A stretch of 64,000 bases of DNA from Candidatus Rokubacteria bacterium CSP1-6 (lineage in GTDB: Bacteria; Methylomirabilota; Methylomirabilia; Rokubacteriales; CSP1-6): positions 2,146 through 66,145 of the forward strand of contig LDXP01000005.1 in the NCBI GenBank assembly GCA_001443385.1, read 5' to 3'. Both the position numbers and the translations under genes were made by a program. The first letter of the stretch is position 1, and every line of letters starts with the position of its first letter. The notes beneath the pieces are model-generated. The model made no database searches, had not been told where the DNA came from, and was given only the letters and a program-made list of their open reading frames with translations. This document shows positions 1-9,052 of this stretch, in pieces.

Positions 1-1
1 G

Positions 2-508
2 ACCCCCCTGCGGGGCGAGCCCATCGACATGCGGTGCCTGGACAAGCTCGCCTCGTACCTGTTCTACGCGGTGATCGTGGACTTCTCGCTGGAGGCGCTG
101 GACTTCATCCACCGGCTCTACCAGAGCGAGGAGTCCATCCACATCCTCGGGACGCTGATCGCCAGCAAGCTCTTCATGAGCCTGCTCGTCATCCAGATCT
201 TCCTCGGCATGCTCGTGCCGGTAGGGATCATGATCGCGGTCCGGCTCTTCAGCGTGACCGCCGAGCTGCGCAAGCTCTTCTACTTCACGGCGATCATCCT
301 GATCCAGCTCGGGATCTTCGCCACCCGGTGGAACGTCGTCATCGGGGGCCAGCTTTTCTCCAAGAGCTTCCGGGGGTTGACGACCTACAAGATGGAAGTG
401 GCCGGGATCGAGGGGTTGATCACGGCGCTGGTGCTCATGGCCCTGCCGTTCCTGGTGCTGCTGGTCCTCCTGAAGGTGCTCCCGCCGTGGAGGAAGGCCG
501 CGGCATGA
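2..508 (+). CDS. NrfD/PsrC-family polytopic membrane subunit, C-terminal part (5' end outside window)
   Basis: The frame is open from base 2; the track ORF starts at an internal Met at 29. Hydrophobic helices plus 'ATRWNVVIGGQ', typical of NrfD-type subunits. The stop overlaps the next start (ATGA at 505-508). Confidence 0.7.
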   Translation, partial: TPLRGEPIDMRCLDKLASYLFYAVIVDFSLEALDFIHRLYQSEESIHILGTLIASKLFMSLLVIQIFLGMLVPVGIMIAVRLFSVTAELRKLFYFTAIILIQLGIFATRWNVVIGGQLFSKSFRGLTTYKMEVAGIEGLITALVLMALPFLVLLVLLKVLPPWRKAAA

Positions 509-2318
509 TCCGACGCCTGCTCGGGCCCGCGCTGGTCCTCCTGCTCCCCGTCGCCGCCGCGGCCCACGGGGAGCACGGGGGCGCCAAGCCGCTCGGCGAG
601 ACGGGCATCGTGACGGTCGAGGGGTACCAGATCGAGCTTCTGAGCCACCCAGGCCCGCTCGCGGCCGGCCAGGAGAGCCACGTGGTGGTCAAGGTCTTCA
701 AGAACTCCCCGCTCGCTCCCGTTTCGGGCGGCACGGTCCTGATCGGTCTCGCGCGCGCGAACGCGTCCCCCGAGCTCCGGGCCGCCGTGGAGGAGACCTG
801 GGCCGGCAGTTACGCCCTCGCGTACACCCCCGTGCGGACGGGGACCCATCAGGTCCGCGTGGTCCTGGAGGAGCTGGAGGGACGGCGCTTCCAGCCGCCC
901 CTGACGGTGGACTTCCAGGTGGGGGTCGGGAGGGCGCCCGGCCTCGGGGCGGCCGTCTGGGCGCTCTTGGCTCTGGTGGCCGGCGGCACCGCCGCCGTTC
1001 TCTACGGTCTCGCGCTTCGAGCGCGAATCGCGCGACCGGCGGGGAGCGTTCTGAATCTCCTGGACGTCGGCTGGCTCCGCCGGCTCCTCACCTCGCCCGC
1101 GCTCCAGCCGGCGCTCCAGATCCCGCTGCTCCTCCTGATGGGAATCGTGGTGCTCCTTGGATTCGGCGATGTCCAGGACGGCGGCGTCAACCTCGCCACC
1201 AAGCTCACCTGGACGATCTGGTGGGCGGGGATCATCTTCACGTTCTTCCTCGTGGGGCGGGTCTGGTGCCTGGCCTGCCCGTTCGGAGCCCTGAACGAGT
1301 GGACCTCGCGGCTGGCGGCGCCGCTCAGGCGGCTCCCGAAGCCGTTCAGGAACATCTGGTGGGCCACCGGCATGTTCGTCCTCCTGACGTGGGCCGATGA
1401 GCAGCTCGGGGTGGTGCGCTCGCCAGCGGTCACGGCCTGGATCGTGCTCTTCTTTGCCGCACTGGCGGTGGCCGTGGGGCTTTTCTACGAGCGCCGCAGC
1501 TTCTGCCGTCACCTCTGCCCGATCGGAGGCCTCATCGGGATCTACTCCATGACGGCGCCGGTGGAGCTGCGCGCCAAGGATGCGTCGGTCTGCGCCGCCG
1601 ACAGGGACAAGCTCTGCTACCGCGGCGGCGGGACGGCCGTCGGGTGTCCGATGTTCGAGTTCGCCGCCGCCATGGACCGGAACAACTACTGCAACCTCTG
1701 CTTCCAGTGCGTGACGGACTGCCGGCACGACAACCTCACGCTCAACCTTCGCGCCTTCGGCAAGGACCTCTGGGCCTCCGGACGCCGGATCTTCGACGAG
1801 TCCTACCTGGCGGTGGCGCTGGTGGGGCTCACGCTGATCGTGACGGCTCAGATGCTGACCGCGTGGCCCGACTGGATGTCGACCCTGGCCCGCTGGCTCC
1901 CCCTCGGGGTGCGGAGCAACCTGAAGCCGGTCACCTACCTGGGGCTCGTGGAGTCCGCCGTCCTTCTCGGCGGCGCCCTCGTCGCGGTGCCGTTGCTGGT
2001 CCTCGCCGGCGCGGCGCTCGCCGACAGGCTCGCGGGGGCAGGGCGGCTGGGAGTCCGCCGGCAGTTCGTCGTCTTCGGCTACATGTTCATTCCCGTCGGG
2101 CTGGCCATGCACCGGTCGTGGGGTTCCTTCAGATGGCATTCCTCGTGGGCTTCTTCGGCCTGTCGCTCTACGCCGGGCACCGGCTCTCGCTCCGGGCCTA
2201 TGCCGACGTCAAGGCCGCGAACAGGGCCCTCGTCCCGATGGCCCTGCTGTCATTCATCTTTACCGTGGCCGGCATCGTGCTTCTCAACCAGCCGATGGGC
2301 ATGCGCCATGGGATGTAG
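505..2318 (+). CDS. Membrane polyferredoxin (NapH/MauN-like 4Fe-4S protein) with an N-terminal periplasmic Ig-like domain; reading frame broken near 2108-2120
   Basis: Signal peptide MIRRLLGPALVLLLPVAAAAHG. Cys motifs CLACPFG, CRHLCPIGG and CNLCFQCVTDC. The bulk is in the frame of ORF 34..2628. The last TM helices and the stop (…FLQMAFLVGFFGLSLYAGH…NQPMGMRHGM*) are only in the frame of ORF 1644..2318. Confidence 0.6.
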
Positions 2319-2325
2319 CCCCGCC

Positions 2326-2628
2326 ATGAAGCGAACCGCCTTCGCCGCGCTCGGGAAGCCGACGGCCATCTCCCTGGCGCTCATTCTGGGTTTCGTGGCA
2401 TTCGAAAGCACGCTTCATTCGGTCCACCACCTCTCGAATCCCGAGGAGGCGGCCCAGTGCCAGGTCCTCGCCGTTTCCGAGCACCTCTCGGGTGTCGGCG
2501 TGGAAACGCCGGGGGTCTGCAGCCAGCTCCCGGCAGCCGAGGCGCCAGCTCCCGCCCGCGCCGTCAGAGGCCTCGCGACGGTCTTCCGTCCCGACACCGG
2601 ACGCGCTCCCCCCCCGGTTCTCGGCTAG
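2326..2628 (+). CDS. Small hypothetical membrane-anchored protein (one TM helix, HSVHHL motif, 2 Cys)
   Basis: An ATG follows the stop of the preceding gene in the tail of ORF 34..2628. N-terminal hydrophobic helix. The SD is weak and I recognise no family. Confidence 0.3.
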   Translation: MKRTAFAALGKPTAISLALILGFVAFESTLHSVHHLSNPEEAAQCQVLAVSEHLSGVGVETPGVCSQLPAAEAPAPARAVRGLATVFRPDTGRAPPPVLG

Positions 2629-2727
2629 CCGGTTCGCTCAACCTGGATAGAAATCATGATTCGGCAGACGGGAAGAGGTCTGGTCAGGAGTGACCGCACC
2701 CCCCGCCGAGCCGAAAAGGAGGCAGTC

Positions 2728-3759
2728 ATGAAACGCTCATGGACGTGGATCATCCCCGCGCTGCTGATCGCGACGGGGATCGGCCTGGGGCTGTTCGCCG
2801 GGCCGCTCGATGCTCAGCAGAAGAACGTCCTGGTGGCCAAGAAGGTCGCCGCCCCGCCGACCCTCGACGGGGTGATGGAGGATGCATGGAAGTCGGCGCC
2901 GGAGCTGGAGGTGACCGTTCGCGGCGGCCGCAACCTGCCGGAAGGCAAGACGGAGGTGAAGCTCCGCTCAGTCTACTCGGGCGACACGATTTATTTCCTC
3001 ATGCAGTACAAGGACGCGACCGAGAGCCTCCGCCGGGGCCCGTGGGTGAAGCAGGCCGACGGCTCCTGGCAGAAGCTGAAGGACCCCAACGACAAGGGCG
3101 GGGATAACAACCTCTACTACGAGGACAAGATGGCGGTGATCTGGAACATCTCCTCGCCCGCCTTCGAGGCCAAGGGGTGCCTGTCGGCCTGCCACACCGG
3201 CGAGGGGAAGCCCTTCGGCAACAAGTACACCGCCGACGCCGGCGAGCGCCTGGACATGTGGCACTGGAAGGGCGTGCGCACCGGGTACACGGGGCAGCTC
3301 GACGACCAGTACACGGACAACACGCGGTACGACAAGGAGAAGACCCCCAACGCCGGCAGGAAGAGCGACCCCAAGACGGGCGGCGGGTACGCGGACAACG
3401 TCAGCGACGACAAGAAGGGGCCGAAGTTCGCCCTCAAGGGCAACAAGCCCGCGCCGCCCTACTGGATCGTTGACAGCGAGAAGGAGGCGCTCGACGACTC
3501 GAAGTACAAGGCCGGCGACGAGGTTCCCGGAATCATCGTGTCGGCCTTCACCGGCGACCGCGGCGACGTCGCAGTGAAATGGACCTACAAGGACGGCGTC
3601 CGCACGCTGGAGATCGCGCGCAAGCTCGTGACCGGCAGCGAGTTCGACGTCCAGTTCAACGACCTGAAGAAGCAGTACGCCTTCGGCGTCGCCGTTTTCG
3701 ACAACGCCCAGGTGCGCCACGCCTGGCACCCGGGCGTCCTGAAGCTGGTGTTCGAGTAA
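2728..3759 (+). CDS. EB_dh-type haem-b binding protein (ethylbenzene dehydrogenase gamma / NxrC / DdhC-like)
   Basis: Internal Met with an AAGGAGG SD 7 nt upstream, and a signal/TM helix MKRSWTWIIPALLIATGIGLGLFA. 'APPTLDGVMEDAWKSAP', 'DTIYFLMQYKD' and 'DMWHWKGVRTG' are patterns I associate with the EB_dh/CBM9-like fold. Confidence 0.7.
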   Translation: MKRSWTWIIPALLIATGIGLGLFAGPLDAQQKNVLVAKKVAAPPTLDGVMEDAWKSAPELEVTVRGGRNLPEGKTEVKLRSVYSGDTIYFLMQYKDATESLRRGPWVKQADGSWQKLKDPNDKGGDNNLYYEDKMAVIWNISSPAFEAKGCLSACHTGEGKPFGNKYTADAGERLDMWHWKGVRTGYTGQLDDQYTDNTRYDKEKTPNAGRKSDPKTGGGYADNVSDDKKGPKFALKGNKPAPPYWIVDSEKEALDDSKYKAGDEVPGIIVSAFTGDRGDVAVKWTYKDGVRTLEIARKLVTGSEFDVQFNDLKKQYAFGVAVFDNAQVRHAWHPGVLKLVFE

Positions 3760-3873
3760 GCAGCACCCAGTCGGCGGTTGCCGACATCCGACGAGAGAGG
3801 TAGGATAGCGCGGGCGGCGCGACTTGCGCGCTTGCCCGCACAGCCGTTCGTTGTTCGTTTTTCGGGGAGGGTG

Positions 3874-5076
3874 ATGAACCTGGCCGTGAGGTGGGCCGTC
3901 GCCGCCGTCGCTTGTCTGCTCCTCTACTCTCCTGGGGCCGCGCTCGCCCAGCCGCTCTTCAGCCCGAGCCAGGACCCCGTCGCCGGCTCGCGCGTCTTTG
4001 GCGCCAAGGGCTGCGGCAAGTGTCACTCGATCAACGGCGTGGGCGGAAAGATCGGGCCCGACCTCGGCCGCATCCCGCGCCCCCGGTCGTTCTACGACCT
4101 CGCCGCCGCCATGTGGAACCACCTGCCCGAGATGGCCGAGCGCATGCGGAAGTTCGGCATCGCCCGCCCCTACCTCGATCCGCGGGAGACCGGCGACCTC
4201 ATCGCCTTCCTCTATACGCTCAACTACTTCGATCCCCCCGGCAACGTCCAGGCGGGGTCCCGGCTCTTCACGGAGAAGAAGTGCGTCGCCTGCCACCAGG
4301 TGGGGGGCGCCGGCGGGGTGGTCGGCCCGAACCTCGACGGGCTCGCGCAGTTCGGCTCTCCGATCCTTGTCGCCGCCGCGATGTGGAACCACGGGCCGGC
4401 CATGGCCGAGGCGATGCGCGTCCGGAAGATCGAGCGCCCGTCCTTCAAGGACTCAGAACTCCTCGACCTGATCGCCTACCTGAGGTCCACCGCCCCCCCC
4501 CGGCCCGCGCCCGCCGAGGGGCCGCTCTACGTCCTGCCCGGCCGCTCCGAGGAGGGGCGCCGGCTCTTCCTGGACAAGCGCTGCATCCTCTGCCATAGCG
4601 TCGGGGGCGTAGGCGGCCAGGTGGGGCCGGACTTGGGCGAGCGCGGGCTCAATTGGAGCCTGACCCAGTTCGCGGCTGCGATGTGGAACAAGGCGCCGAA
4701 GATGATGGAGGCGATGAGGGCGCGGGAAATCGCCGTCCCACAGCTCCAGGCCGAGGAGATGGCCGACCTGGTCGCCTATCTCTACTCCGTCCGGTACTTC
4801 GTCGAACCCGGGCACCCCGGGAAGGGGCGCCAGGCGCTCGCGGACAAGGGGTGCCTGGGCTGCCACTCAGTGGCCGGCGCCGGCGGCAAGGTCGCCAGCG
4901 ACTTCGCCAGGGTGAAGGGCCTCGACTCGCCCGGGACGGTCATCTCGGCGCTCTGGAACCACTCGTTCATCATGGAGCACCGGGCCGAGCGGCGGAAGGT
5001 CTCCTGGCCCAAGCTCCGCCCCGAGGAGATGGCGGACCTCGTGGCCTTCCTCCAGGCCCAGGGGCGCCCCCGGTGA
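3874..5076 (+). CDS. Periplasmic cytochrome c with four tandem monohaem class-I domains
   Basis: Signal peptide MNLAVRWAVAAVACLLLYSPGAALA. Four motifs: CGKCH, CVACH, CILCH, CLGCH. Each is followed by GP(D/N)L … AAAMWN(H/K) … (D/E)L(I/V)A(F/Y)L in a repeat of about 95 aa. Confidence 0.9.
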   Translation: MNLAVRWAVAAVACLLLYSPGAALAQPLFSPSQDPVAGSRVFGAKGCGKCHSINGVGGKIGPDLGRIPRPRSFYDLAAAMWNHLPEMAERMRKFGIARPYLDPRETGDLIAFLYTLNYFDPPGNVQAGSRLFTEKKCVACHQVGGAGGVVGPNLDGLAQFGSPILVAAAMWNHGPAMAEAMRVRKIERPSFKDSELLDLIAYLRSTAPPRPAPAEGPLYVLPGRSEEGRRLFLDKRCILCHSVGGVGGQVGPDLGERGLNWSLTQFAAAMWNKAPKMMEAMRAREIAVPQLQAEEMADLVAYLYSVRYFVEPGHPGKGRQALADKGCLGCHSVAGAGGKVASDFARVKGLDSPGTVISALWNHSFIMEHRAERRKVSWPKLRPEEMADLVAFLQAQGRPR

Positions 5077-5081
5077 CGGGC

Positions 5082-6359
5082 ATGCGGGGACTCGTCGCTC
5101 TCGCGTGGCTCGCTCTCGTGGGGATCGCCGCCCTGCCCGCGCCCGCAGCGGCCCAGCAGCAGCGGCCCGAGAGCTGCGCGGCCTGCCATCTCGAGACGGG
5201 AGACGAGCGCCTCGCGAATCCCGTGAAGCAGTTCGGCGAGGACATCCATTCGGCCAAGGGATTCGGGTGCGTGGCCTGTCACGGCGGGGACGCCAGGGAG
5301 GCCGGGATGGAGGCGATGGACCCCGCCAAGGGGTACATCGGCAAGCCCGAGCGCCGGCAGGTACTGCAGGTCTGCGGGCGCTGTCACTCCGACGCGCGCT
5401 TCATGAAGCAGTACAACCCGGCGCTGCGCGTCGACCAGGTGACGGAGTATGCCACGTCGGTGCACGGCCGGCGGCTCAGGGAGTTCGGCGATCCGAAGGT
5501 GGCGACCTGCGTGAACTGCCATCCCGCCCACTCGATCAAGCCGCCCTCGGATCCCCGGTCGAGCGTCCACCCGCTCAAGGTGGCGGACACGTGCGGCCGC
5601 TGCCACGGCGATCCGAAGTACATGGAGGCCTACAAGATCCCCACCGACCAGCTCGCCAAGTACAGGCAGAGCGTCCACTGGCGCTTGATGTCGGTGAAGG
5701 GCGACCTGTCGGCTCCCACGTGCAACGACTGCCACGGCAACCACGGCGCCGCGCCGCCGGGGATCTCCTGGGTGGGGAACGTCTGCGGGCAGTGCCACAC
5801 GGTGCAGGCGGAGTTTTTCGGGAAGAGTCCTCACGCGAAGGTGTTCGCCCAGATGGGTGTGCCCGGCTGCGCGACCTGCCACAGCAATCACGAGATCAAG
5901 GAGGCGACCGACGCGATGCTGGGGCTCGCCGACCAGGCCGTGTGCGCGGGGTGCCACGCCGCCGCGGACAAGGGCGGCAAGGCCGCCGCCGATATGCGCG
6001 CCCTCATCGACTCGCTCGGCGGCGAGTACGACAAAGCCCGCGCCATCCTGCTCCAGGCCGAGCGGGCGGGCATGGAGGTCAGCCAGGCCCAGTTCGACCT
6101 GAACGGCGCCAAGGACGCCTTGGTGAAGGCCCGCGCGGCCGTCCACGCGTTCGCCGTCGCGGCGGTGAAGAAGGAGACCGAACCGGGCCTCACGATCAGC
6201 GCCAAGGCCTACGCGCGGGGGGTGCGGGCGCTCGAAGAGCTCCAGTTCCGGCGGAAGGGGCTGGCGGTTTCGCTCGTGATCATCCTCGCGGTCATCGCGG
6301 GGATCGTCGTGAAGATCCGGCAGCTGGACCGCAAAGAACAGAGGACCCCCTCACCTTAA
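5082..6359 (+). CDS. Nonahaem c-type cytochrome with a C-terminal TM anchor
   Basis: Signal peptide MRGLVALAWLALVGIAALPAPAAA. Nine CxxCH motifs: CAACH, CVACH, CGRCH, CVNCH, CGRCH, CNDCH, CGQCH, CATCH, CAGCH. C-terminal helix LAVSLVIILAVIAGIVV. Confidence 0.9.
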   Translation: MRGLVALAWLALVGIAALPAPAAAQQQRPESCAACHLETGDERLANPVKQFGEDIHSAKGFGCVACHGGDAREAGMEAMDPAKGYIGKPERRQVLQVCGRCHSDARFMKQYNPALRVDQVTEYATSVHGRRLREFGDPKVATCVNCHPAHSIKPPSDPRSSVHPLKVADTCGRCHGDPKYMEAYKIPTDQLAKYRQSVHWRLMSVKGDLSAPTCNDCHGNHGAAPPGISWVGNVCGQCHTVQAEFFGKSPHAKVFAQMGVPGCATCHSNHEIKEATDAMLGLADQAVCAGCHAAADKGGKAAADMRALIDSLGGEYDKARAILLQAERAGMEVSQAQFDLNGAKDALVKARAAVHAFAVAAVKKETEPGLTISAKAYARGVRALEELQFRRKGLAVSLVIILAVIAGIVVKIRQLDRKEQRTPSP

Positions 6360-6484
6360 TCCTCTCCCCCTCACCCCACTCATAATCCCCTCACCTTCAT
6401 CCTCTCCCCCCGAGGGGGAGAGGGCAGGGTGAGGGGGATGAGGAGAAGAGGTGAGGGGCGTTTGAGTAGGGAGGGGTGAGGGGG
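6346..6484. repeat. MITE/REP-like palindromic element, copy 1
   Basis: Terminal inverted repeats CCCCCTCACC…GGTGAGGGGG and central palindrome CCTCTCCCCCCGAGGGGGAGAGG (6401-6423). Near-identical blocks recur at 33943, 38556 and 59403. Confidence 0.85.
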
Positions 6485-6499
6485 CACAGAGGAGACGTC

Positions 6500-6955
6500 A
6501 TGGCTGAGGAGACGCTGGATCGCGAGCCGACCCGCAGGGGATTCATCAACTGGTTTCTCGGCACGAGCGCGGTAGCGTTCCTGCTGTCGGTGTTCTACCC
6601 GGTGGGGCGGTACCTGATCCCGCCGCCGGTGGCGGAATCCACCGCGGGAACCGTGACGCTCCCCCTCAAGGCCGAGGACGTGAAGCCGAACACGGGGCAG
6701 ATCTTCAAGTTCGGCAACCGCCCGGCGATCCTGGTCCGCACGACGGCCGGCGAGCTCCGGGCCTTCTCCGCCGTCTGCACCCACCTCAACTGCACCGTGC
6801 AGTACCGGCCCGACCTCGGCCACATCTGGTGCGCCTGCCACAACGGGCATTTCGACCTCAACGGGAAGAACATCGCCGGTCCGCCCCCCCGGCCGCTCGA
6901 CCCCTACGTGGTGAACGTGCGGGGGAGGCAGATCGTGGTCAGTAAGAGCGCCTAG
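6500..6955 (+). CDS. Rieske 2Fe-2S subunit of a cytochrome bc/b6f-type complex
   Basis: GAGGAG SD before the ATG at 6500. RRGF twin-arginine-like N-terminus plus a TM helix. Cluster boxes CTHLNC and CACHNGH. Confidence 0.9.
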   Translation: MAEETLDREPTRRGFINWFLGTSAVAFLLSVFYPVGRYLIPPPVAESTAGTVTLPLKAEDVKPNTGQIFKFGNRPAILVRTTAGELRAFSAVCTHLNCTVQYRPDLGHIWCACHNGHFDLNGKNIAGPPPRPLDPYVVNVRGRQIVVSKSA

Positions 6956-6957
6956 AG

Positions 6958-8055
6958 ATGGGGGGATCCGCGAAGCCACACGGCAGGCTCTGGACGTGGC
7001 TCGACGAGCGCGTCGGCCTCGCCGAACTGGAAAAGCTCGTCAAGAAGAAGGAGGTCCCGGTCCACCGGCATACCGTCTGGTACTACCTCGGCGGCATGAC
7101 CCTCTTTCTCTTCATGATCCAGGTGGCCACCGGCATCCTGCTCCTCTTCTACTACCGCCCCAGCGCCGAGGAGGCGTACGAGTCCGTCCAGTTCCTCATG
7201 GCCGAGGTGGAGTTCGGCTGGCTGATCCGCTCCATCCACTCCTGGGCGTCGAACCTGATGATCTTCACGCTCTTCATCCACCTCTTCAGCGTGCTGCTCC
7301 TCAAGGCCTACCGCCCGCCGCGCGAGGTGACGTGGCTGTCGGGGATCGGGCTCCTGGGCGTGGGGATGGGCTTCGGCTTCACCGGCTATCTGCTGCCGTG
7401 GAACGAGCTCGCCTACTTCGCCACGAAGGTCGGCACCGAGATCACCGGCGTCGTTCCCCTCGTCGGCCCATTCCTCGGCCGGCTCCTGCGCGGCGGCGAC
7501 GAGGTCACCGGCGCCACGCTCACACGCTTCTACGGCATTCACGTGGCGGTCCTGCCGTTGCTCACGACACTCATCCTGGGCCTCCACCTCTTCCTCGTCC
7601 AGAAGCACGGCATGAGCGTCCCGCCGGGCGTGGAGCGGGCCGGCGGCGCCAGGCGGACGATGCACTTCCTCCCCAACTTCCTCCTGCGCGACCTGGTGGG
7701 CTGGCTCTCCGCGCTCGCGATCCTTGCAGCGCTGGCGGCCTACTATCCGACGGAGTTGGGCCAGAAGGCGGACCCCTTCGCGCCCGCGCCCATCGGCATC
7801 AAGCCCGAATGGTACTTCATGTTCATGTTCAAGACGCTGAAGTACCTGCCGAGCTACATCCTCGGCATCGAGGGGGAGATCGTGGGGGTCGTCGGCTTCG
7901 GCATGGGCGGTCTGGTCCTGCTCCTCATCCCCTTCCTGGACCGGCGGACCGCCCGCGGCGAGCCGAGCCGCCTCTTCACCTGGATCGGCATCGCCATCAT
8001 CCTCTACATGATCGCGCTGACCTACCTCGGCTACACCGAGGTCGCCACGCAGTGA
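6958..8055 (+). CDS. Cytochrome b (fused b6 + subunit IV type)
   Basis: '[30 protein letters not shown]', '[14 protein letters not shown]' and '[13 protein letters not shown]' are hallmark cytochrome b/b6 segments. Confidence 0.93.
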   Translation: MGGSAKPHGRLWTWLDERVGLAELEKLVKKKEVPVHRHTVWYYLGGMTLFLFMIQVATGILLLFYYRPSAEEAYESVQFLMAEVEFGWLIRSIHSWASNLMIFTLFIHLFSVLLLKAYRPPREVTWLSGIGLLGVGMGFGFTGYLLPWNELAYFATKVGTEITGVVPLVGPFLGRLLRGGDEVTGATLTRFYGIHVAVLPLLTTLILGLHLFLVQKHGMSVPPGVERAGGARRTMHFLPNFLLRDLVGWLSALAILAALAAYYPTELGQKADPFAPAPIGIKPEWYFMFMFKTLKYLPSYILGIEGEIVGVVGFGMGGLVLLLIPFLDRRTARGEPSRLFTWIGIAIILYMIALTYLGYTEVATQ

Positions 8056-8060
8056 CCCCG

Positions 8061-8678
8061 ATGCGCGCGCGCGCAATGGTCTTGCTCGGCGCAGCGCTCC
8101 TGGCCACCGGCCCACCGGCGGAGGCGCAGGCGCCTGGAGATGTGGCGCGCGGCCGCGCCATCTTCGAGCAGAAGCAGTGCGCCCGCTGCCACCAGCCCGG
8201 CGGCCAGGCCGGGCTGGGCCCCGCGCTGGAGGAGGTCAGGAGACCCCAGGGCGGACTGGAGCTGGCCGGCCGGATCTGGAACCACGCGCCGGTGATGTTC
8301 GCGCTGCTCAGGCAGCAGGGACTCGACTGGCCGCAGATCGGCGCGGCGGAGATGGCCGATCTCATGGCCTATCTCCGGGCCGACCCGGCGCGGGATCCCG
8401 CGCCCGACCTCCAGCAGGGGCAGGTTCTCCTGATCCGGAAAGGGTGCCTCAAGTGCCACCGCCTCCGCGGGGAGGGCGGCTCGGTGGGAATCGAGTTCAC
8501 GCGGTATCACGGCGGCTACCAGTCTCCCGTTGCCTGGGCCACCACGATCTGGAACCATTCGTCCCGGATGGCCGGGCATTCCGCGCGAATGGGCGTGCTC
8601 TACCCCCGCTTCACAGGTGACGAGATGGTGAACTTGTTCGGGTTTCTCAAAGGCTCCGCCGAAGTCTCACCGCGCTAA
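8061..8678 (+). CDS. Dihaem cytochrome c (two copies of the same module as 3874-5076)
   Basis: Signal peptide MRARAMVLLGAALLATGPPAEA. Motifs CARCH and CLKCH, each followed by IWNH … (D/E)(M)xxL(M/F)(A/G)(Y/F)L. Confidence 0.85.
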   Translation: MRARAMVLLGAALLATGPPAEAQAPGDVARGRAIFEQKQCARCHQPGGQAGLGPALEEVRRPQGGLELAGRIWNHAPVMFALLRQQGLDWPQIGAAEMADLMAYLRADPARDPAPDLQQGQVLLIRKGCLKCHRLRGEGGSVGIEFTRYHGGYQSPVAWATTIWNHSSRMAGHSARMGVLYPRFTGDEMVNLFGFLKGSAEVSPR

Positions 8679-8698
8679 TCCTAAGGAGGAGGGCAATC

Positions 8699-9052
8699 AT
8701 GCGACTCGGAGGTCTCGCGCTCGGCCTCGCGTTCGGGATCGGGCTCCTCGTCGGCGTCCCGGGCGACGCCCAGGTCAAGATCCCGCCGGACTTCGGCTTC
8801 GAGAAGGGCAAGGACAGCCCCGGCCCGGTCACCTTCAGCCACGAGAAGCACAAGGAGAAGGCGGAGAAGTGCACCGCCTGCCACACCAAGGTCTTCAAGA
8901 TGAAGAAGGGAACCTCCGGCACTCAGACCATGGCGGCGATGAAGGAAGGAAAGTTCTGCGGGAACTGCCACGACGGCAAGACCGAGCTGGGCGGCAAGGT
9001 CGTGTTCGCGGTGGAGGCCAAGGACAATTGCGAGAAGTGCCATAAGAAATAG
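8699..9052 (+). CDS. Small trihaem cytochrome (c7/c3-like)
   Basis: AAGGAGG SD and a signal peptide. Motifs CTACH, CGNCH and CEKCH within 117 aa. 'VTFSHEKH' is typical of the c7 family. Confidence 0.85.
   Translation: MRLGGLALGLAFGIGLLVGVPGDAQVKIPPDFGFEKGKDSPGPVTFSHEKHKEKAEKCTACHTKVFKMKKGTSGTQTMAAMKEGKFCGNCHDGKTELGGKVVFAVEAKDNCEKCHKK

Noticed and set aside
34-2628. An 864-aa ORF spanning the NrfD tail, the polyferredoxin and the small downstream gene
   Set aside because: The first 157 codons are out of frame over the NrfD-type gene. The real start is the ATG at 505 (signal peptide). After ~2112 the frame loses all protein-like character. It is better explained as gene + frameshift + a separate small ORF.
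6346-6484. Whether the repeated G/C-rich blocks could be a CRISPR array
   Set aside because: The copies are dispersed over 53 kb, are internally palindromic with terminal inverted repeats, show no regular repeat-spacer periodicity, and have no cas genes nearby.
6958-8055. A b6f-type extra haem (haem ci) on the cytochrome b
   Set aside because: The position that carries the covalent Cys in b6-type proteins (…FYCLGG…) reads …WYYLGG… here, so no Cys is available.
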